Shown here: positions 60,320-64,000 of the stretch, in pieces
Layout of the letters: each line of letters begins with the position of its first letter
Numbering within the stretch: the stretch's first letter is position 1
DNA from: Candidatus Nomurabacteria bacterium GW2011_GWC2_42_20
GTDB taxonomy: Bacteria > Patescibacteriota > Minisyncoccia > Phycocordibacterales > UBA1550
Assembly: GCA_000998425.1 (NCBI GenBank)
Contig: LCDG01000003.1
Span: forward strand, 1,619-65,618
Direction: 5' to 3'
Length of the DNA stretch: 64,000 nucleotides
Program-made: the position numbers and the translations under genes
Notes under the pieces: generated by a model
Databases searched by the model: none
The model's input: the letters and a program-made list of their open reading frames with translations, nothing else
What the model was told of the DNA's origin: nothing

Positions 60320-60586
60320 GTGATGATTGAAAAAATAAGTTTTTCACTGATTGGGCTCTTTGTTCTTCTGATGATTTGGCCGTGGCTCATGGAGCTGATT
60401 TTGTATGACAAGACGACACGTCAAACGCGTCAACGTCTACAACTTCTCATAAAACGAGCAAACAACGGCAATGACGCAGCTCGAAGGGCGTGCGACAGAA
60501 ATGGTCTCATCAACAAAGGAATGGTTCTTTGCGAGGATGGGATAAACGTGAAGAGTGTCTATTCCCTTCCGCATAGATGGCAATGA
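60320..60586 (+). CDS. Small membrane protein, paralogue B
   Basis: TTGACA-17-TAGTCT (60264-60292), AAGGAGG SD; shares MIE, K.AN.GN..A..AC, DG, YS.P motifs with paralogue A. Confidence 0.8.
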   Translation: MMIEKISFSLIGLFVLLMIWPWLMELILYDKTTRQTRQRLQLLIKRANNGNDAARRACDRNGLINKGMVLCEDGINVKSVYSLPHRWQ

Positions 60587-60634
60587 CTCCATCGCTACTT
60601 CAAAACTGCATGACCATTTCAGGTCGTGCAGTTT

Positions 60635-61802
60635 TCATTTGTATTTCTCCATCATATCCCATATCGCACCAGCGACGTTACGTGGCTTGCCTTCAAATGG
60701 CAGATGGTGGTTATCGAAAAACGGCATGCTGTTGCACTCGATAATTCCACATCGCTTCTCCTTTCTCCACGAGTGGCTGATATCATTGATTATAAAATCA
60801 ATACCGACGATAGGCGCCTTCAAAACATCGGCAACTTGCTCAAAAAGCTCGACATTGTCAGGGTGCACCAAATCAGAGACATCGGCAGTCGTGCCACCCA
60901 CACTCCAATTCACTTTTTGATGAAATGTCACGCGCTTCCTCATTTATAGCACTATCATCAATTTTTATTTTTGAAAAATATGGGCCAGTGCGTGCTGGGT
61001 GTTTGTTGGCCTCATCCACAAGCTCTTGAATGGTACTCACCCCATCTCCTATCACATATGGCTGGTTCCGACGAAGCGTTGCTACAAGTTTTCCATCGAC
61101 CACAGTGGCTCGATATACTGCGCCAACAAGTTCCTCTTCTACAATTACCGATGGCGATATTTTTGTCGCTATAAAAAATGCGCGCACGAGCTCATTTTCA
61201 TCAGTAATATGAAGAGTCGTATGCCTAGAACCAGACCCATGGCGGGGCTTCACAATAACTGGCGTTTCAAGATTCTTAAAAACCTGCATCGCTCCTCTTT
61301 TTGTAATCACAGAGGATCCTTTTGCGACAGGAAATCCATATTTAATAAAATGTTTTTTGAGAGCATCTTTATCATCAATCCATTTCACCTGATGCTTTAT
61401 CTTCTGAGGTAGTGGTATCCCTTCATAAGTTATACGTTTACCATTTGGGAACTCCGCGATATAAATGTTTCTTGGTAGCCCAAAAAGTCTAAACTCCCAA
61501 ACATTTAAACCCCTCTTGTTGGCCTCCTTCCAAAGCATTCCTGCAAGTATTGAAACATCGCTATCTACTTCAATTTGTTTTTTTGCTAGGCCGGTTTGCA
61601 AGCACGCTCGAATGAAATGTGGAGTAACTAGATGCTCATATGAATGAATCTGAAAAAATAACCAATTCATTAAACTCCAGCGAGTGAAAAGTAGGTTAAA
61701 AACAGAGCTGATGATAATATCAGCATACACAATCCGGTGAAAGATTGCGTTGTTGCTCCCGCACTCCCTGCATTCCATTGGTTTTGGTAATTTAAATACC
61801 AT
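60635..61802 (-). pseudogene. Frameshifted ATP-grasp protein (cyanophycin synthetase/GshF C-terminal-like)
   Basis: PVIVKP..GS, IVEE, P.VIGDG.STI.EL in one frame; N.SVGGT..DV...VHPDN, GIDFI..DI, IECNSMP in another; junction near 60940. Confidence 0.75.
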
Positions 61803-61862
61803 AATTCATGCAGTATACCACGAATCTTTTTATGGTATTCCAGATTTCTTTTTGTTAAAATT

Positions 61863-63380
61863 TTGTGGCATAGTAAGCCAATGCTTCCGCCTAAAAAAAT
61901 TGACTCTTGCCCATCAATAAAGGAGATAATTTCACTCCTAAAAAATCCAACAAAGGACGATATTGCGCTTATAGAAAAGGCTTATGCCTTTGCAAAAACA
62001 GCACACGAGGGGCAAAAACGCTACTCTGGGGAACCATATTTCCTTCATGTGGCAAGCGTAGGGAAAACACTTTCGGCGATTAACATTGACGCCACTACAA
62101 TAGCTGCAGGAATCCTCCATGACACAATTGAAGACGCAGAAATACCTGCGCGAACAATTGAAAAAGAGTTTGGTAAAGAGGTGTTGTCTCTTGTAGAAGG
62201 AGTGACGAAGCTCGGGAAATTGAAGTACCACGGAGTAGAGCGACACGTAGAGAGTTTGCGTAAATTTTTTATCGCTATGTCGCACGATGTGCGCGTATTG
62301 CTCATCAAGCTCGCTGACCGACTTCACAACATACAAACATTGGAACACGTGCCAGAAGCAAAAAGGCACCGTATCGCCCTTGAAACACTAGAAGTCCACG
62401 CACGCCTCGCTGACAGATTTGGTATGGGAAAATGGAAAGCGATTTTTGAGGACTCTGCATTCCCGTATGCATACCCAAAAGAGTATGAGCAGGTTCTTGC
62501 GCTTATCAAAAACAAACGTGTCGTAGATGAAAAATATGCGGAAAAAATTCATCGCTCTATTCAAAAAGAGCTTGCAGCCAATGGTATCAAGACTGCACGA
62601 GTTGATTATCGAGTCAAAAATCTTTTTAGTCTCTGGAAAAAACTTGCGCGAAAGGAAATGGACCCCGACAAAGTGTACGACATTCTTGCTGTGCGTGTCA
62701 TTGTAAAAACTGTCGAGGATTGCTACAAAACACTTGGCATAATTCATAAACACTGGCGTCCGGTTTCTGGTCGCATAAAGGACTATATTGCAACACCAAA
62801 ATCAAATGGTTATAAATCGCTCCACACTACTATCTTTCGCGGAGATGGAGGGATTATAGAGATACAGATACGCACAGAGGAAATGCATGCCGAGGCTCAG
62901 TATGGTATCGCCTCTCATTTAGCATACAAAGAAAAAGGTTCTATACACGGAGAAACTGAGCGAAATCTTGCTTGGGTAAAGGAGCTTGCTAAATGGCAAA
63001 AAGAGGTCGCAAGAACAGATGATTTTATGGAGCATCTCCATATGGACTTTTTTAAGAACCGCACATTCGTTTACACTCCAAAGGGTGATGTGATTGATTT
63101 ACCAGAGGACTCGAGTCCAATTGATTTTGCGTATGCTATTCATTCAAATATAGGTAACCACCTGGCGGGTGCAAAAATAAACGGCAAGCTTGTATCGATT
63201 GAAACAAAACTTACAAATGGCGATATTGTTGAAATAGAAACAAAGGAAAGCGCGAGCCCAAAACGTAAATGGCTAGACTATACAAAAACTACCCTTGCCA
63301 AAAGGCACATCCGCACATATCTCGAAAAATCAAATCCTATTGAGCTACTAGCACAGAAATTTTTTGGGAAGAAAAAGTAG
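61863..63380 (+). CDS. RelA/SpoT homologue (HD hydrolase + synthetase + TGS; no ACT)
   Basis: AH.GQKR.SGEPY..H, LHDTIED, KLADRLHN, KDYIA.PK.NGY.SLHT, EIQIRT, TGS (TPKG, DFAYAIH); likely start 61881. Confidence 0.93.
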   Translation: MWHSKPMLPPKKIDSCPSIKEIISLLKNPTKDDIALIEKAYAFAKTAHEGQKRYSGEPYFLHVASVGKTLSAINIDATTIAAGILHDTIEDAEIPARTIEKEFGKEVLSLVEGVTKLGKLKYHGVERHVESLRKFFIAMSHDVRVLLIKLADRLHNIQTLEHVPEAKRHRIALETLEVHARLADRFGMGKWKAIFEDSAFPYAYPKEYEQVLALIKNKRVVDEKYAEKIHRSIQKELAANGIKTARVDYRVKNLFSLWKKLARKEMDPDKVYDILAVRVIVKTVEDCYKTLGIIHKHWRPVSGRIKDYIATPKSNGYKSLHTTIFRGDGGIIEIQIRTEEMHAEAQYGIASHLAYKEKGSIHGETERNLAWVKELAKWQKEVARTDDFMEHLHMDFFKNRTFVYTPKGDVIDLPEDSSPIDFAYAIHSNIGNHLAGAKINGKLVSIETKLTNGDIVEIETKESASPKRKWLDYTKTTLAKRHIRTYLEKSNPIELLAQKFFGKKK

Positions 63381-63388
63381 AAAAATAA

Positions 63389-63432
63389 AAAAGCGAGCAG
63401 ATTCTCGAAATTTCTAGAATCTGCTCGCTTTT
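63389..63432. terminator. Bidirectional terminator
   Basis: AAAAGCGAGCAGATTCT...AGAATCTGCTCGCTTTT between convergent genes. Confidence 0.85.
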
Positions 63433-63442
63433 ATATTTTTGA

Positions 63443-64000
63443 TTACAATGAGAAATTCTTCACATTATATAGATCTTCGTCTGGGTCTTTTTCCATTACA
63501 TCTTCCCCGCCCTCTGCAAGCTCGTCAGCGGTAGCAGGGGTTGCCATTTCAGTTGGGGTTTCACCAAGTGGAATTTCTGCTACAATTGTTCCTACTTGCG
63601 CTGTCTGCATTTCCGCGTGCAAACGCTTCATAAAGTTGCGCACGTCATCATTGGAAAAGAAATCAATTACAATCTTTCCTCCAACCTCACGCTTTTCAAT
63701 TTGCACACGTGTTCCAAGCCTCTCAGTCAGCTCTGCCTCAAATTCCATTATTTCAGGGTCAAAATCGCGCCCAGGTTTACGAACCTTTTCTACTGCGATG
63801 CGTCTAGCTATGCGTTCAGATTCACGCACATTCAACTTTTTAAAAATTATTTCCTTGTACAGTGTGAGCTGTTCCTCCTTGCGGTCGCAAAGCATAAGAA
63901 GTGGGCGTGTATGTCCCTCTGTAATACGACGCTCTGCAAGTGCAGTGAGCATCTCGTCTGGAAGCATGAGTAAGCGTAATGTGTTTGATACGTACTCACG
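63443..64000 (-). CDS. parB: ParB/Spo0J partition protein, C-terminal part
   Basis: REYVSNTLRLL.LP...ITEGH.R.LL, LNVRE.E, L..RLGTRV.I, GKIVI.F. Confidence 0.88.
   Translation of the reverse strand, partial: REYVSNTLRLLMLPDEMLTALAERRITEGHTRPLLMLCDRKEEQLTLYKEIIFKKLNVRESERIARRIAVEKVRKPGRDFDPEIMEFEAELTERLGTRVQIEKREVGGKIVIDFFSNDDVRNFMKRLHAEMQTAQVGTIVAEIPLGETPTEMATPATADELAEGGEDVMEKDPDEDLYNVKNFSL

Overview
A gene-dense bacterial chromosome segment (~41% GC by eye) whose gene content and style suggest Patescibacteria/CPR (Parcubacteria-like; inferred, not measured). Most of it is housekeeping: nth, glmS, rpmA, rplI, cysS, dnaB, recR, rplU, rmuC, uvrABC, tgt, a GT4-GH57-GH15-ROK glucan cluster, a P-type ATPase, folD, dinB, dnaX, serS, dprA, topA, a RelA/SpoT homologue and parB. 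These core genes are mostly leaderless, with a -10 box 6-9 nt before the ATG. About a dozen accessory genes are interspersed, typically as stand-alone cassettes with their own -35/-10 promoter, Shine-Dalgarno sequence and terminator. Four things stand out. (1) An array at the 3' end of topA holds three protein-conserved but synonymously diverged copies of the TopA C-terminal coding sequence, a structured 135-nt insert, and two paralogous membrane-protein cassettes. (2) A ~6.15-kb island sits in tRNA-Gln, and its att core lies inside the large serine recombinase ORF, so excision would swap the enzyme's C-terminus. (3) Inside that island, two tandem promoter-to-terminator structured RNA units lie between two orphan nuclease-like genes. 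(4) Two further unannotated structured RNA candidates occur elsewhere, one displaying an anti-SD-like loop. No CRISPR array or rRNA was seen. All product calls come from motif recognition, without database searches.
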